Source: Botryllus schlosseri (taxonomy: Eukaryota). From it: a stretch of DNA of 64,000 bases. Under the pieces are notes generated by a model. That model worked only from the letters and a program-made list of their open reading frames with translations, had not been told where the DNA came from and made no database searches. The stretch covers positions 24,678,001 to 24,742,000 of the forward strand of contig CM119371.1 of the NCBI GenBank assembly GCA_051294905.1, in the 5' to 3' direction. The position numbers and the translations under genes are program-made. Shown here in pieces: positions 13,844 through 27,321 of the stretch; positions within the stretch are counted from its first letter, which is position 1; each line of letters starts with the position of its first letter.

Positions 13844-14179
13844 TATAACAGCGTTTGATGCTTTTAATAATTTGTGTTTGATTAAGTAGAGTTGGTCAGT
13901 GTTGATGATTGTTTACTCTCAGTAATGCATGGATGTTCTTATTTCCACTTTAATATTAGATCCCGCCATAATAAACCTAAATATCACTCTCTTGGATATG
14001 ATGACTGTACTGCCTAGACGCCAGTTGGATTTTAATTTACTAAACGAGATACAAGAAAACTCCCAATATATAGGTAATTAAAATGTAGCCTACATAATCA
14101 TCAGAAAGTATCATGGAATTTGGAAATAACAATAATCAACACAACGGCAGAAACAGCTTTAGCTCGGAAAAATATTTTA

Positions 14180-17100
14180 TTAATGCCACATTGCATTCAG
14201 CAGTTTTTCATCTTGCGGTGATGCAATCTTGACCACCAAAAAAGGACGCCAATACATTTCGTAGAAATTTTGCAGCTTGGGAATCATAAATTTGGTAACA
14301 AATTCTGGGTCAAACTCTATATACTCAATGTGGACATCACGAAATGTATATATTACAAAATAACACAGTTTTTACTCAGCGCAAGCCATTTGGCCTTGTA
14401 CTTGGGCATACCATTTATGATTTTTCTTCAAATGATTGCCATCTGCGGCAGTCACCAAATATGGAAAAAATTTTCCGGGTGTTATTAGCTCATCCCTTGC
14501 CGTGTAGGGGCACTTGACCTCCAACACACTATCAGGGAGAACCAGACCATCAGGTGTTGCTGCAATATATGGAAATTCTGGATGTATTATGAGTCCAGAC
14601 CTCGAGGTTTTTCGACCGGACAAATGGGAGAAGGCATCTATCGCGGCTGTTTCATACGAACTCCCATGTATAATGGCATCTGATCTTAAATCACTATTGT
14701 TGTACATCGATTCGCACAATTTCCACATGTCACGTCGATCAGTAGCGGATAGGATTTCTCCAAATCTTGATGCTGTTAAGCGCCACTTCCTTTCAAAATA
14801 CCACCGAGGGGATTGACGTTGCTTGATTGTCGCCTCAAATATTTCTACAGCTTTCTCTGGTGGGCACTTAAAATTTATCAACATAATTGGGATTAAGCAT
14901 TGACGTGAGAAATATCATACTTACAGCAAGAGCTTGATCAATCCAGTACTCCCCGAATGGCCTTTCTAAATAATGGTGATCAATCATTGCAGCATGCATG
15001 TCTGCTCTCTCAAATATATATTTGAAAGATATCGCTGTTCCTGAGGTCTTGCAATGATTGATTGTCTTGCTACGTACAAAGTCGGTGAATTTGCTATCGG
15101 AAGAGTTTTCATTTTCATTCGGCGAAATTGAGTTCCCAAAAATGTCACTGATTTTGTAAGTTTTACCTAAATGAAAACCAGTGGCGGCTCGTCCTATAGG
15201 GCAACTGGGGCATTGCCCCACCTAAAATTCTGTTCAATAACAATTTAACCAATTATAGACGCACAGCGCTCAATATATATCGAGATCACAGCGAAACCCG
15301 CGTTCTTCTTGTGCTTTCGCTTGCAAATGCCCATACATAGCGAAGTCTCCGCGAAAATCGAATTCTCTTCTGTGTTTTCGCTTTGTGAATGCCTAGCCGG
15401 GGCTTGCCCCGGTAGCGCTCATAACAAGCTTTCACTATCTATTCTCTCAAAGCTGCGCACAATTAAGAAACGTTGCTTTACTCTCTCCTATTCGTAAAAT
15501 GGCCGAGCAACCGGGGCAAATATGCTTGCTCGCCCCTAAGGTGTGATGTAACAATCGTATCTATATCTGAACTCGGATACCGTGATATGCGTTGAGTCGA
15601 CCGTTGCTGGTACAGGTCGATTTTGATGGTGTTTCACACCATGATAATTCTTGAAACTTGGTATGTCATGTCGTGATGGTGGTATTTAACACTGTCCTAA
15701 GTTTCAGGGTTTCTACTCAAAGTTTAGGGTAGTAATTCCGTTTCCAAAGTCGAGTGTGTGCTGATCGGTCATGTATCGCAAACATATTTCACGCAAAGCC
15801 GGTATTGGTCTCCATTGATTTTAACGATGCTCCTTAGCTAGATCCGTCATGAACTTTTACATGGTATGTCTTGATTTTAGTATCGAACGCTGTGCCAAGT
15901 CTCAAGGTTGACACTCAATGATTAGGGCAGCAATTTCGTTATTAAGTTCGAGTATGGTAGAGATGTGCGCTGATCTGACACTTAGCCTACCTAACGCATT
16001 GCGGATTTCACGCAAAAGCCGGTGTATCTGTGTTCCATACTGAGATAGGTGATGAGATGATGATATCATGAAACAGTTTACTAACATCCTCGGTTTGCAT
16101 TCAAATATTTAGTTTTATTTTATATTCTCCAATGTCAATTTCACCGTGGAATGGTGGCCTTCGGGCCATTTGCTCACAATTACAACCCCTGTCAAGCGCG
16201 ATAGCTGTTTCGTTTTCGATGGCGGCTAACAGCTGATCGCTTGATCAGCCGATTCCTCAGTAAATATTACGCAAAATTCGGCGTTGATCTGTTCGTATTA
16301 ATTTTGACAATGTACCATACCGAAAACGGTCATGAGGCTATACTTCTCGATGATTTCATGTAACAGTGTACCAAGTTTTCGGCTTTCATCCACGTATTTA
16401 TTCGGTAATATATTTTCCGAAGGCGATTTTGCAGCAGACATATAGCCACTATAGACCGTAAGCCGTATGTGTCGTGTGACAGTCTCCAGCCTCAAGGCCA
16501 GAATCTCCCAAGCTGTACCGGGACCGAATTTCCGAGGCTGCTATCCGTAGTTCTTCAGAATGATGTTTTGGATTCAATATGACATTTTCTTGTCCAATCT
16601 ATGAGATAACAATTGCGTATGTGTCCGAACTCGTTGACCTTTCCAGTTAGGCATACGCAATCTCTCGATTTATAGTCATTTCCATTTCTGCAGATAAGTA
16701 GTCAGGTCAAGTGCGAACATGAACTCGTTATTGAACATTTTGCTAATAAGAAATCACGTCGCGCACAATACTTACACAAGACATAAATTAATGCTGGTGG
16801 GCGGACGACTGTACACATCATGTTCTTTCCGAATAATTTCAATCAAGTGAGCCCAGGTAACTCAACCATGTCTATGGCTAAGGAAAAGTGAGTGGTTTTC
16901 ATCCTTATTACTCGAGGCACACTGACAGTTAATTTACCGATATATTTTGTTATGGCTATGGAAAAAAAGTGAAAAATTCATCAAGATGAAATAATTTATT
17001 CATGAAATTGTTTAATGCGATATGTGCTCGCATTTCAATTTAACACAATGCTTTGATTCCTGCTTGAATGATGGCAGGCAGACTCGTAATTAATCTTCCA

Positions 17101-18341
17101 TGGATAACAGCTGGCTTTTTATAATGTTTTACGTTTATGGGTGCCACCGCTTTGATTGCCTATCCCCTGGTCGTAACGCATCAGGATCGTGTACCAAACA
17201 CTTTCGGACGAGGGCAAATCGATTTGACTCGCTTTCGGGACGAGAATCCATATACAAATCGGGTCGGAGGCGCTGCAGCACTTTACAGAATTGCTGAGCA
17301 TGGAACGATTAAAACACCACAAGGTGTCATGCGAATGCTCTTTGTAGGTAGTTGGTCTGTGTATTTTTGGTATAGTCTTACTCGGCGCTTGCGTAATCTC
17401 TACCACGAAATCATAACGCATGCTACTAAGGATAACCTGATGATTGATTCGTGGCATGGGAACGATTCTTAGTTCGCGTACATTTTGTAAAATAATCATT
17501 TGAATAAAAAACAATGAATAAAACATTTGTTACCGCACTTCAAGTCACGCCACCGGCAAACCTCTCGCGGCACCTACGTTAAAAATCATTGTTTACGGGA
17601 AATTCATGTGGCCATCATGAACGTTGAAAAACGCTACTGTGACGTCATATTGATAACAAGTCGCTTGCGGCCCTTGCCCCACCACCCGATATTGTCACGA
17701 GCCGCCACTGATGAAAACATACGAAAGTTATTAACCTTCATGTATATAAACTATAAAGTAATACCTGAACTTCTTTGAGAAGGATGATGGAACGTTTGCA
17801 ATGTTTCTGTGCATGCCTTTGAAATTTGAACAGTCTTTGACTGCTTATAGTCCAGCAACATCAGAGCAAGACATGATAAATGCTTGCAAGTTGCATTTGG
17901 ACCGCTTCCTCCTGGGCATTCACATTCACTGAACAGGAGTTCCCCACTGTTCTTACAACATATCTTGCTCCAATAACTGACATGCCTCTTCATCGATGCT
18001 TTAACAATGGCAGTGAAATAGTGTAAAGTCTCAATCAATAAAGCTGAGCAGGCCTTCACGCACATCCCTTCTAACATCACTTTTCCTTTTTCCAACGATT
18101 TCACTGTCTTTGATCCTTCCATTCTCCCAAATTTAATAAAATACGCCTCAATAGAGCATCCTGAGAGTGGTGGAATTAATTCAAAATTCACTGGTTCATA
18201 ACCAAATTTGGGCCACTCTAGTAACTCTGTACTCCTGACGTACGACGTTCTACCAAAATCATCATTCCTGTCATAAGCGAGCAGCCTGCAATGCAAAAAG
18301 TAACATTGATCCAGAGTGTCATTACCAGTTGGAAAATCCAT
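14180..18341 (-). pseudogene. Spliced SWIM zinc finger plus YqaJ/lambda-exonuclease protein of the ISL2EU element (exons 18341-17765, 15166-14925, 14866-14180); in-frame stop at 14372-14374
   Basis: SWIM: CECPGGSGPNATCKH. YqaJ motifs: W..R..RLTASRFG, HG..YE, ATPDG, LEVKCPY, YAQVQGQM. GT-AG introns 17764-15167 and 14924-14867 join the ORFs in phase. The frame continues past the TAA as KLCYFVIYT..IEYIEFDPEF. Confidence 0.85.
15179..17710. mobile_element. 2.5-kb non-autonomous hAT element inside intron 1 of the YqaJ gene
   Basis: TIR CAGTGGCGGCTCG / CGAGCCGCCACTG; perfect TSD ATGAAAAC (15171-78, 17711-18); homologous to 48115-54067. Confidence 0.92.
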
Positions 18342-19548
18342 AGCTTCTCAACTTACGTAGCAGCCTCTAGAGGCAAGCTCACATGCTACAGCTTAGTTCG
18401 GTCTTAATCTGCACTTTTTCAAATATAGTTGCGTATTGCACCATGTAACTAAATGAACTTAGATTGTACCATTCTCACGGCGTCATATCTGATCAAAACT
18501 AGCTCTATATACAACCACATGTATAAATAAATGACTTTCATAACTACCTTTCTATAAGTTCCGCTTTCCTGCCACATGTCCGAGCATTCCTAATGCCCAG
18601 CTCTTTTTTGAGATCGTGCACCGTTCATGAAGAATAATCCGTCGACATTTTCTATTGCAATAGCCACAAGCTAGCTAGGATATCAAAATACAACAAATGA
18701 AGACGACGTTTATATTGGTATCCACTGTAAACAGTGGATCACTAGGACGAGGTTCTGGCGCCCCCAAGTGTATGAATGTCTCCCATTGTCACAGCTCTCT
18801 CAGGGCACGGAACAGGTCGGATAATTTTACACTAAACGATTATTTACTGCTCAATAATAATGGATGGCGAAACTAAATACTATATCCTTCGCCTCGGATC
18901 ACAGCACCCTATTAGTAGTCACTGAAATAATCATGAATCATGGAATCGAAGTATATCGAAACAAATGGTTTCCAAACTGTTTGACTTATCGCCCCATTAT
19001 CCAGGTCGACATTCATGTATTGGCGCCTAAAAAACGATTGGTTATAATCGTCGCAGTTTTTTTATTTCCGTAGTAGCCTACTCAATGATGTACCCGAGGC
19101 AGATATATCTATGGCAGAATATTCGTTCAACTTTAGTCAATATGTTATTTCAAACTGTATTTACGACATTGATATGCCGGATGTCACAGCCCAGCTATTT
19201 TATTATTTGAGTACAATCAATATATATATAACGACTACTGTCTGTAGGAGATAAGGGACTGTTACTGCAACATAAAATTTTGAATGTTTGGTAACCCGTA
19301 CCGTTTTCTGATAGTTTTACTGCACCTCATGATACTTGTGTAGGACGCGCTTGTGACGTCGATATCGGTGATGCAGAGTTTACATGAGTTTTTGCGAACA
19401 ACACGCGATAAAATTATTGACGCTTATAGTGTTCCGCTTCTCATAACCAATATCCACGCAAATATTTGATCGCCACAGGTACCTAGAAAAAACTAGTTCT
19501 TAATCACCAAGCGAATACTACGATCAGTGAAGATATCAAACTGCTGTA

Positions 19549-19615
19549 ATGGCAGAAGGTGGTCACGAACCACGTCCTCCTGATATCAACCCGTCATCGA
19601 AACATACTATCGCAA
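19549..19615 (+). CDS. Candidate first coding exon of the NLR gene (MAEGGHEPRPPDINPSSKHTIA)
   Basis: ATG at 19549, open frame, strong donor A|GTGAGT, phase 1 matching the downstream exons. Linkage to the NLR is inferred. Confidence 0.45.
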
Positions 19616-20693
19616 GTGAGTGCTCATTTTCAAAACTTTGTCGTAACAGGTAATATCATTCATTTGCGAAAATCCGCACAGCAGGTAGTTGCGACAAAAT
19701 CGCTAAGTGGAGTTCAAGCAGAATGCGACGTACAACACTGCTTGACCTGTTCTATATTTTCGTCAATATTTTCTATAAATAGATCGTTGTGCGGTATGAG
19801 GGGATTCGAAATATCGTTATCGTTATCGTCTGATTCAAAACACTATCCACCCGACTCAGAAAAGTCGGAGGGTATTCAACGTGGTTTATTTTCTCTGGTA
19901 CGTATTCCGCTAAGCCGATGTCGTCAATAATTCCACCAGATCATTTTCCCATCAGCAAAATCAATAGTGAACAGTGTCAAGATAGTGACCAAACCACGTA
20001 AAACTGATTACGTCATGTATCACATTTTAAAATAGATCCGCCACGACAGTCAACCACAATACTGTTATTCCGAGCAACCATATTGTAAAATAAGATTTAT
20101 CTCCGCAGCCGTAAAGTTATCATCATTTGAAAGGAAAATTGTCATTTTGAATTTGGCGGGATAAAAAAGGCTCAAATCTTTTATCGCTTATGTGGCTTAT
20201 TCCCTGTATTGATAACCTTTGCCTCGAAGCAACGTTCCAACTACGTTTACATTGCAAACATAACCAGTAATTGCTAACATATTGGAATCGCAATAGATTG
20301 GTGATTATCATCGGCACCCTCTTTTACGAGGAAGCAGTATCTGCTGATTACCAGAAATTGCGCATATGGCGGTGGCTTTGTCAATTACCATGTAACGTCG
20401 AACATCAACTAACCATACCAATAGATAAATCTGTCAAGCTGAGACACGATGACGAGCATATGTAAAACTTTTGACTTGATAATTAGCAGTGGTTATTTAC
20501 GAAGCCGAAGTTACTACTATTAATATATTGATGCAACGCAATGTAACCTGTTCACACATTTTCAGCATATATCACAGTCCCAATTGAAGTAAACCGTTCA
20601 GTAATCGCAATTCTATAGAGAAATGGACTATAACTAGCTATGTAAAATAATCTATTACGCCTTATACTGTGTATTATATTCAGATGTAATGGA

Positions 20694-21263
20694 CAGGGTT
20701 GTAACCAAGTCACAAGGCTCCGAGTCACAAGTCAATCTCATTTTTATAGTTTTGACTCGAGTCAAGTCGAGTCATTTCAACTCACCACCGAGTCAAGTCC
20801 AAGTCCAAGTCAGTGAGCAGAGGGTCGAGTCCGAGTCATGAAATTATGACTCGAGTCCGAGTACAAATAATCGTGTTCACTGCTCAGGTTCCAGATAAAG
20901 TCTTGGTAAACCCACTTATTATAACTCTGTTTAGTGATATCGAACGGTTCGCTTTTAAAATATACCAATTTTCTTCACTCTTAGCAGTTTCTGGTCGCAT
21001 TCTCAAGTACCAGGACCAACAGACGAAATCCCAATAGTGTGTTGGCTTCGGTCTTGTCGGTCTTGGTCGTCTGAGTCTCGAGTCAATGACTTGGTTCGAG
21101 TCATGCGCAATGACTCGAGTCCAAGTCGAGTCAACACACAGATTGACTCGAGTCGAGTCATTTCCGTATTTTGAAAAAATGACTCGAGTCAAGTCGAGTC
21201 ATTAGAAAATCGCGACTCGAGTCGGACTCGAGTCGAGTCATGACTCGAGTCATTACAACCCTA
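20694..21263. mobile_element. GACTCGAGTC-rich hAT MITE
   Basis: TIR CAGGGTTGTAA / TTACAACCCTA; TSD GTAATGGA / CTAATGGA; inverted homologue of 35195-35744. Confidence 0.88.
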
Positions 21264-24200
21264 CTAATGGATTACGATCACTATTACTTGAAAATGCTTT
21301 GATAGTCGCAATCAAATTGGATTACAGATAAGGATTACCCCATGTGAGATCTATGGAATAACGATTGTGTAAAATCAATCATTAATAAATATATGAGCGA
21401 AATTCCCACTAGGATGCGATTACCTGAGATTTGTTTGCACTGATTGTGTTTGAGAGATACCCGATTACATTTATTTTGCTATAAAAATCTCCTTCGCCTC
21501 AGAAAAGTTCATATTAACGCTTTGTTTGCTTTCCTGTAATTGATATTAGAGTACAGAAACGATATAAATGTACAGTTCTTTTAAACACTATCTGCGGGGA
21601 TATCAGAATCAGCATGACTTCAAAATCCGTTCCCTCGCATATGTGTCCTTAGTAGCGATATGTGACTTAACGATAAAAGTTGTGATCTTGTCGTACATCT
21701 GCCATAGCATTGATAAAGTCGGCGCTATCGATTCAAAATTCACTCGATCAATAATTATTATATAATTATAATTGACGAATTTCACTGCGCCATTTTCCAA
21801 CCGATTTAACTTGGCAGTAAAAATACTTTAGTAAGCTGCCTCGCTACGGTAATCCCTATAGAAGAGATTCGCTACGTGAATGCGCAGCGACTCAAGTGAA
21901 TGTGAAAAAACAGACTTTACAAAACCGAGTAGGCCGACTACATGGGTAATTCGATTCTACGTCAGGTGTTCGTCACTGATTCAACTCGAGTATTCGACTG
22001 CTACATGTCATGACGCGATAACAGTGGAATCGACTTTTCACGTCAAAATATGTACCTAATTCAGCGGCCACAATGAGAATAATGCCTGTAACACAAAATC
22101 AAGATTTTCTTTTGATCTCTTCACCATGACAATTTCATGGCGATTTGTAACAATGCGGCGATCACTACTGCAAATAAACGTCGTACCATGAATAATCTTA
22201 ATAGCAGAAGAGCATGATTATTCGTACAGCAGGTTTGGAATGTTGATTTATGCATAAGTACGGCCAATCGATATTACGAGTGTCGTTGTATGCCTTCACC
22301 CTGACGTGAGTACATGCACCATAATACGAAAATAATTGGAAATTATATTTTACGTTGATAAATAAACTGCTAGTGTAAAGGACGAAACAAAAATCAATAC
22401 TCGATGCTTTTTGATTCTATCACTCGAATCGTTATGCCCATCTTTAAAACAAATGCGGACATCTGAGGAAATAGACATAGTTAATATCCAAATATACATC
22501 GATCACCCAGAGTTACTCATGGCATATTTTGTAACCTGATTAATTAAAATGGTTCATTAATTCCGCGACATTCCAGTGAAGGGATCTCGTACGTGCGCTG
22601 CACCGCGAGAACATATATTTGTTTTCACAGAATTTCAAGTTAACTTCATCGTAGTCTCGAATCTACATGAAACGCACATTAATCGTTACTCTCTGAAGGG
22701 GGATCATCGGCGATAAAGTTGCGAAATAGATATATGTCGTGACCCAAACATGGGCTGGGAAGGGTGTCATTTTGGATCGCGACGTCACCAGAGCGATCGT
22801 AAAATTCTTGCAACGAAAAAAATTATCCCTCGCCACGCGCGATATCCTCATGCATATCCGAGGTCACTGTGTTGGTACTATAGCCAATAAACAGGACACG
22901 CCGAAACCGTTACTACATTATGGCTTGATCATGAAAATTTGCGACCCTTGAATGAGGCTTCCCAATATAGTTTGAATTCATGATAAGATTTGTCCGACAT
23001 TGGTATGTCTGGAAAACACCGCTTAAGAACGTTAGGATACTTTAATGTAGGGTCGTACAACGAGCGGTCGCGGGAATATTATATACAGGTATTTCTAGGC
23101 CAACCCCTTTGGCGTCGGACCTTTTGAAGACGTGAAGTTTTGCCCAACATACGGCGTGCGGAGTGGGGTGCCTAAAAGATCGACGGCGATAGAACCTTGG
23201 TCAAAAGTTACTGTTGCTGGTTGGCCAAAATCGTCGATATTGATATGTCCAGTCGTTAAAATGGTCGGCACCGAACAATCCCGTCCTTGCAATATGAGTG
23301 GACAGTAGCACAGATGCGACCGCCGGAGAAAATAATTAATACACTCCAATTTGACATCCCATGCGTCAGACGTGTTTCATAGAGCTGCGTTGCGTACACT
23401 GCGCGTTCTCAATGTCATATATGCCATTAAAACGCTGCATACTAATATTTAAAATGTTTTATTTTTTATTTGTGAGGCTTGGGTTGCGAGATGCAATTAA
23501 AACTCAGATTTTGGTCGCGGTCTAAAAAATCTAAGAACTACTGCTTCAATGCAACGTTCAGGCATTTCAAATAATATGAATTTCGCTTGAATAGGTAAAT
23601 TATGGTTTTCATATGGCCAGTTGTAGATTGAGAGGTATACCGCACTTGCAGAGGCGTTGTGATACTTTGCAGTATATTACTTTAGGGACACAGCCACATT
23701 CATTGGCTGAGCTTCAATTTAAAATTGTCATCCCATTGCATTGTGTGACGGGGCAGTCACATTATTGGTACGCAGCGTTGATATAATTCTTTTTCCAACT
23801 TGGTGTTTAATATTGATCACCTTGAAGAAACACTAGTTGCTGAAAACAAACGTCATATTTACGATATTCTGCAGTACAAGGAATTCATCCGTATAAGTAC
23901 GTTCTGTCATTGTAGACCTCTTCCCCAAGATAAATAATTTTTTCAGCGGGTGCTTGAGTGAAGGATTTAAAGTCGAAATCCAAGGGATTTTGACTGAAGA
24001 TGCATACAGCACCCTGGAAATTGCTGTTCGAAAATAGTTTTGGTGTAGTGCAGTGATTCCCAAACCGTGTGCCGCCAGAGATTCTAAGATGTGCCGTGAT
24101 TATTTTTTGTAATTTTTGAAGAAGCCTTCATATTTTTTAATGAGGCATAAGGCAATTGAGGCATGCATATAGCATATGCGACATGAAGGCGCTCTAACTG

Positions 24201-25515
24201 GCTCATAGCTGATGTGACTGTTATAATGAAACCAATCATGGTATTGCCGATGAGTTGTTAATCGTAATGCCATAATTACGGGGCTGCTGTGTGTCGGAGA
24301 AAGTCTTTCATTCGTTTCACGCACCTAATGACTTTATCATCTCATGAACAAATAATTACTGTATTGCCTGGACTTCAAACGGCAATGCAATATTACTTCT
24401 CGGGATTTTATGGTCACAACTTTAGATGGGTAGCTCGTCCATTTGGCTGCAGTGAATCAAGCAATTATTCTGCAGAAAAACTGCTCATTGATTTACGAAA
24501 TTGGACCAGTTATGGTTGTTTTCTTCCAAATCATCTGCCATGGGTGCAAAAGAAATCAGGACGTTATTGGCATGTGCACTGTGCATGTGAACATAGCTTT
24601 TTTGCTCTAACTGAAATTAAAAACTGTACACCACGTCATATAACTCAAGACTTCATATCAGATTTGATAGCTTTTCTTTGCTGCCTCATATTTCCTCATA
24701 CAGTTATTCTTACCATTGTTCTATGTCCCTTGAAGTTTCCGGTGTGCGCACAGCGCGTGCAGTTCAGAACCAGTTGGTGCATTCATGGCTATCATGACTG
24801 TGCTGTGCAACTTTGGTTGGATTCCTAACCATTTTTTAGCAAACGTTTGTAAAGATTTTAATGAGTTGGATAAAGTTTTACGCCTACGGCTGAGTCTTAG
24901 AAAATCTTTTTGGCTTGAATCAGGAATGACCTGTGATCTATTACACTATTTACGGACTTAAATCTGCGTGGTATTTAAACCTTATGGTATACGGTCCTAA
25001 ATCTGTCAGACCAGAGTCCCATGTGGGCTAGCACATCTTGATTTCACCTCTGTGATCCAACCGATACGGTGAATATGCTTTGGGCTTCTTAATATTATTT
25101 TCTGAGATTGAGATTGGTGAATTAACGTATAATGTAGTATAGGCTATAATATAAGAGTGAAATCAAGTGTATTATGAACGACCGGGATTCGATAACATTC
25201 AAGTCGTGTGGTAAAAAATGACTTGAACATGACTTGAACTCGAGACTGTACGGTCAATACTATAACTTGGAGTCAGACTCGAGTCTCAACACTATGATTG
25301 GGGATGAGACTTGACTCGGTGATGGTTAGCAAATTAATCGACTTGACTAGAGTCAAAACTAATTTAGATTTGTTACTCGGAGCTGTTTTAATAGGTTACA
25401 GCTCTGATCCGTGTCTGTTGATATTTATCATCGAGTCTATTTACTCATTCATATTAGCTTACCACTACCCGCATCGCATGCACCACACCAAGTTACGATT
25501 TTTTTCACTTTATAG

Positions 25516-25590
25516 CCAAGCAACATATGATACATTCGGGAAGAAGACGGTTAAGAGAACCGACAGATTGTACAACAACGCATGGTACAG
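25516..25590 (+). CDS. Candidate NLR 5' micro-exon (75 nt, phase 1-1)
   Basis: TTTTTCACTTTATAG acceptor, CAG|GTAATG donor, open frame KQHMIHSGRRRLREPTDCTTTHGT. Confidence 0.45.
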
Positions 25591-26278
25591 GTAATGCATT
25601 CCTAAATTAATCTACTCCCTGTCAACTGGATTATCACACACATGGCTTGATACATTGTAAACACAATCTGAGTTTGAGTGAACCGTACGCAGGGAACGAT
25701 TGTAGTAATACTTGCACGTCTTGATAGCAAATTATTTAACATTCAGTGTATTGGATATTACACTCAGAGGTGGTGATTACCGCTTTTTTACTCTTCATTT
25801 TTAGACTGATTTCACACCCTGTTATATTGTAACTAACTAATTTTCAAAAATTGCTCATGGTAGTAGTGTCATCATTAATTTTAGTTAGTTGTAAAGAAGC
25901 GCACACCAGTTTTAAAAGCATCCTATACGAACTCTACTTTTCGAAACCACTTAGTTGAGTATAGTTTTCACTTGACGTATACCTTTGACATGACTTGGTA
26001 ATCGCCACCAACTAGATTTAGGGACAATAGCGTTGACTATACCTTGACAAAGGTACTCTATAGTAGTGTACAGTTTGTTTTGATATATGAATTCAATTCA
26101 TACAATGTCGCAGCATTGCAATCGTAATGTATAAGCTTCGCCTCTGCTTAAGCCAACACGCTAAAAATATATTTCACACCAATAACGCTGTATTCCGCAG
26201 TTTACTTTCATTTAGGTGCTTATTGAATTTTATTACGCTCGAATATTCTTAATAATAACTGTGTTATCATTTTTACAG

Positions 26279-26329
26279 AAGAAAGGAACGAATCACGGTC
26301 AGTCACGAAGAAAAAAAGATTATTTGAAG
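26279..26329 (+). CDS. Candidate NLR 5' micro-exon (51 nt, phase 1-1)
   Basis: TTTTTACAG acceptor, AAG|GTGATG donor, frame ERNESRSVTKKKRLFE. Confidence 0.4.
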
Positions 26330-26565
26330 GTGATGACTACTGCAACCAGTTTGTACAGTTGAATCATTTAGTTTTACATCCTACGTTCACAGTAAATGCA
26401 AGTATATCAGAACAAGGATGTTGAATGGATTCAGGAAAATTTCTTTGATTATCGAAAATAAATCCATGATAAAGAAACGTAGCACATTTATCACAAACTA
26501 TAGCATAAAAATTCCGAGGGATCGCATAGCGAACACTAGCAGGACAAATTGCCATCCATGTATCA

Positions 26566-27321
26566 TTGTTGGGATCAAGTCACTACCTTCGAGAGTCACA
26601 AGTCCTCTCGAGTCATTACACATTTTGACTCGGGTCGAGTCAAGTCACTCGATTGTCAAAGGTGACTCGAGTTAAGTGAAGTCACTCGATTTTTGAAGGC
26701 AACTCGAGTCAGGTCAAGGAAAGTGACGAGTTAAGTCAGTCAAGTCAAGTTGAATATTGAAAGAACGAGACATGATTCAGAGTCATTGAATTTTGCTAAC
26801 TCATTTACATACATACGGAATACCCATTTATTCTGAATCGAGGAACGACTAAATACACCAAAAAAGAGCGCTGTATCGCTTACGCATACGTAAAACAGCT
26901 AAACGTCGCAAGTATAGCGGTTAAGCCTCAGTCTATAATTGTCAGCCAAAATACAGGATAACATGCAAAACCCCAAGTAAGTTCAAAAAGGGCGTGGTGC
27001 AGTACCCTAACCTCCTACATATCCATGATATACAATTATAAACGTATTAATGATATTCGTTTAATTTCAACAATACAGGAGCTGTAAGCTCCGATCACTG
27101 CGTTTGCAATCAATTTATTTGTGATATAACAATGAAGGCTCGGTACAATCATTGTGTGATTGGTTATGGGTGTGAACTTATACAAGATACAGTGATGTAG
27201 TCGACATCTATTACTTAATATGACTTGAAATTGACTCGAGTCACAAGTCAATCTGCATTCTGAAGCATCAAGTCATCGAGTCTGACTCTAGTCAAGTCAT
27301 GATTCGAGTTATCCCAACACT
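26566..27321. mobile_element. hAT MITE with AGTCA/GACTCGAG arrays, same family as about 55949-56780
   Basis: CATTGTTGGGAT ... ATCCCAACACTG termini; 5' part homologous to 55949 onward. Coordinates approximate. Confidence 0.7.

Larger units (their letters stand above)
12192..18784 (+). mobile_element. ISL2EU-type DNA transposon (PIF/Harbinger superfamily), two convergent genes
   Basis: TIR GGGAGACATTCA / TGAATGTCTCCC extending imperfectly to about 50 bp (GGCGCCA..ACCTCGTCCT). 2-bp AT TSD (12190-91, 18785-86). Encodes a THAP-DDE transposase and a YqaJ exonuclease. Confidence 0.9.

Noticed and set aside
14372..14884. Prophage or viral insertion suggested by the YqaJ exonuclease
   Set aside because: The gene has spliceosomal introns and lies within the TIRs of a Harbinger-type element; no other viral genes are present.
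20700..21260. GACTCGAGTC arrays as a CRISPR array
   Set aside because: Short irregular motifs inside TIR/TSD-bounded MITEs; no constant repeat-spacer period, no cas genes, and a eukaryotic context.
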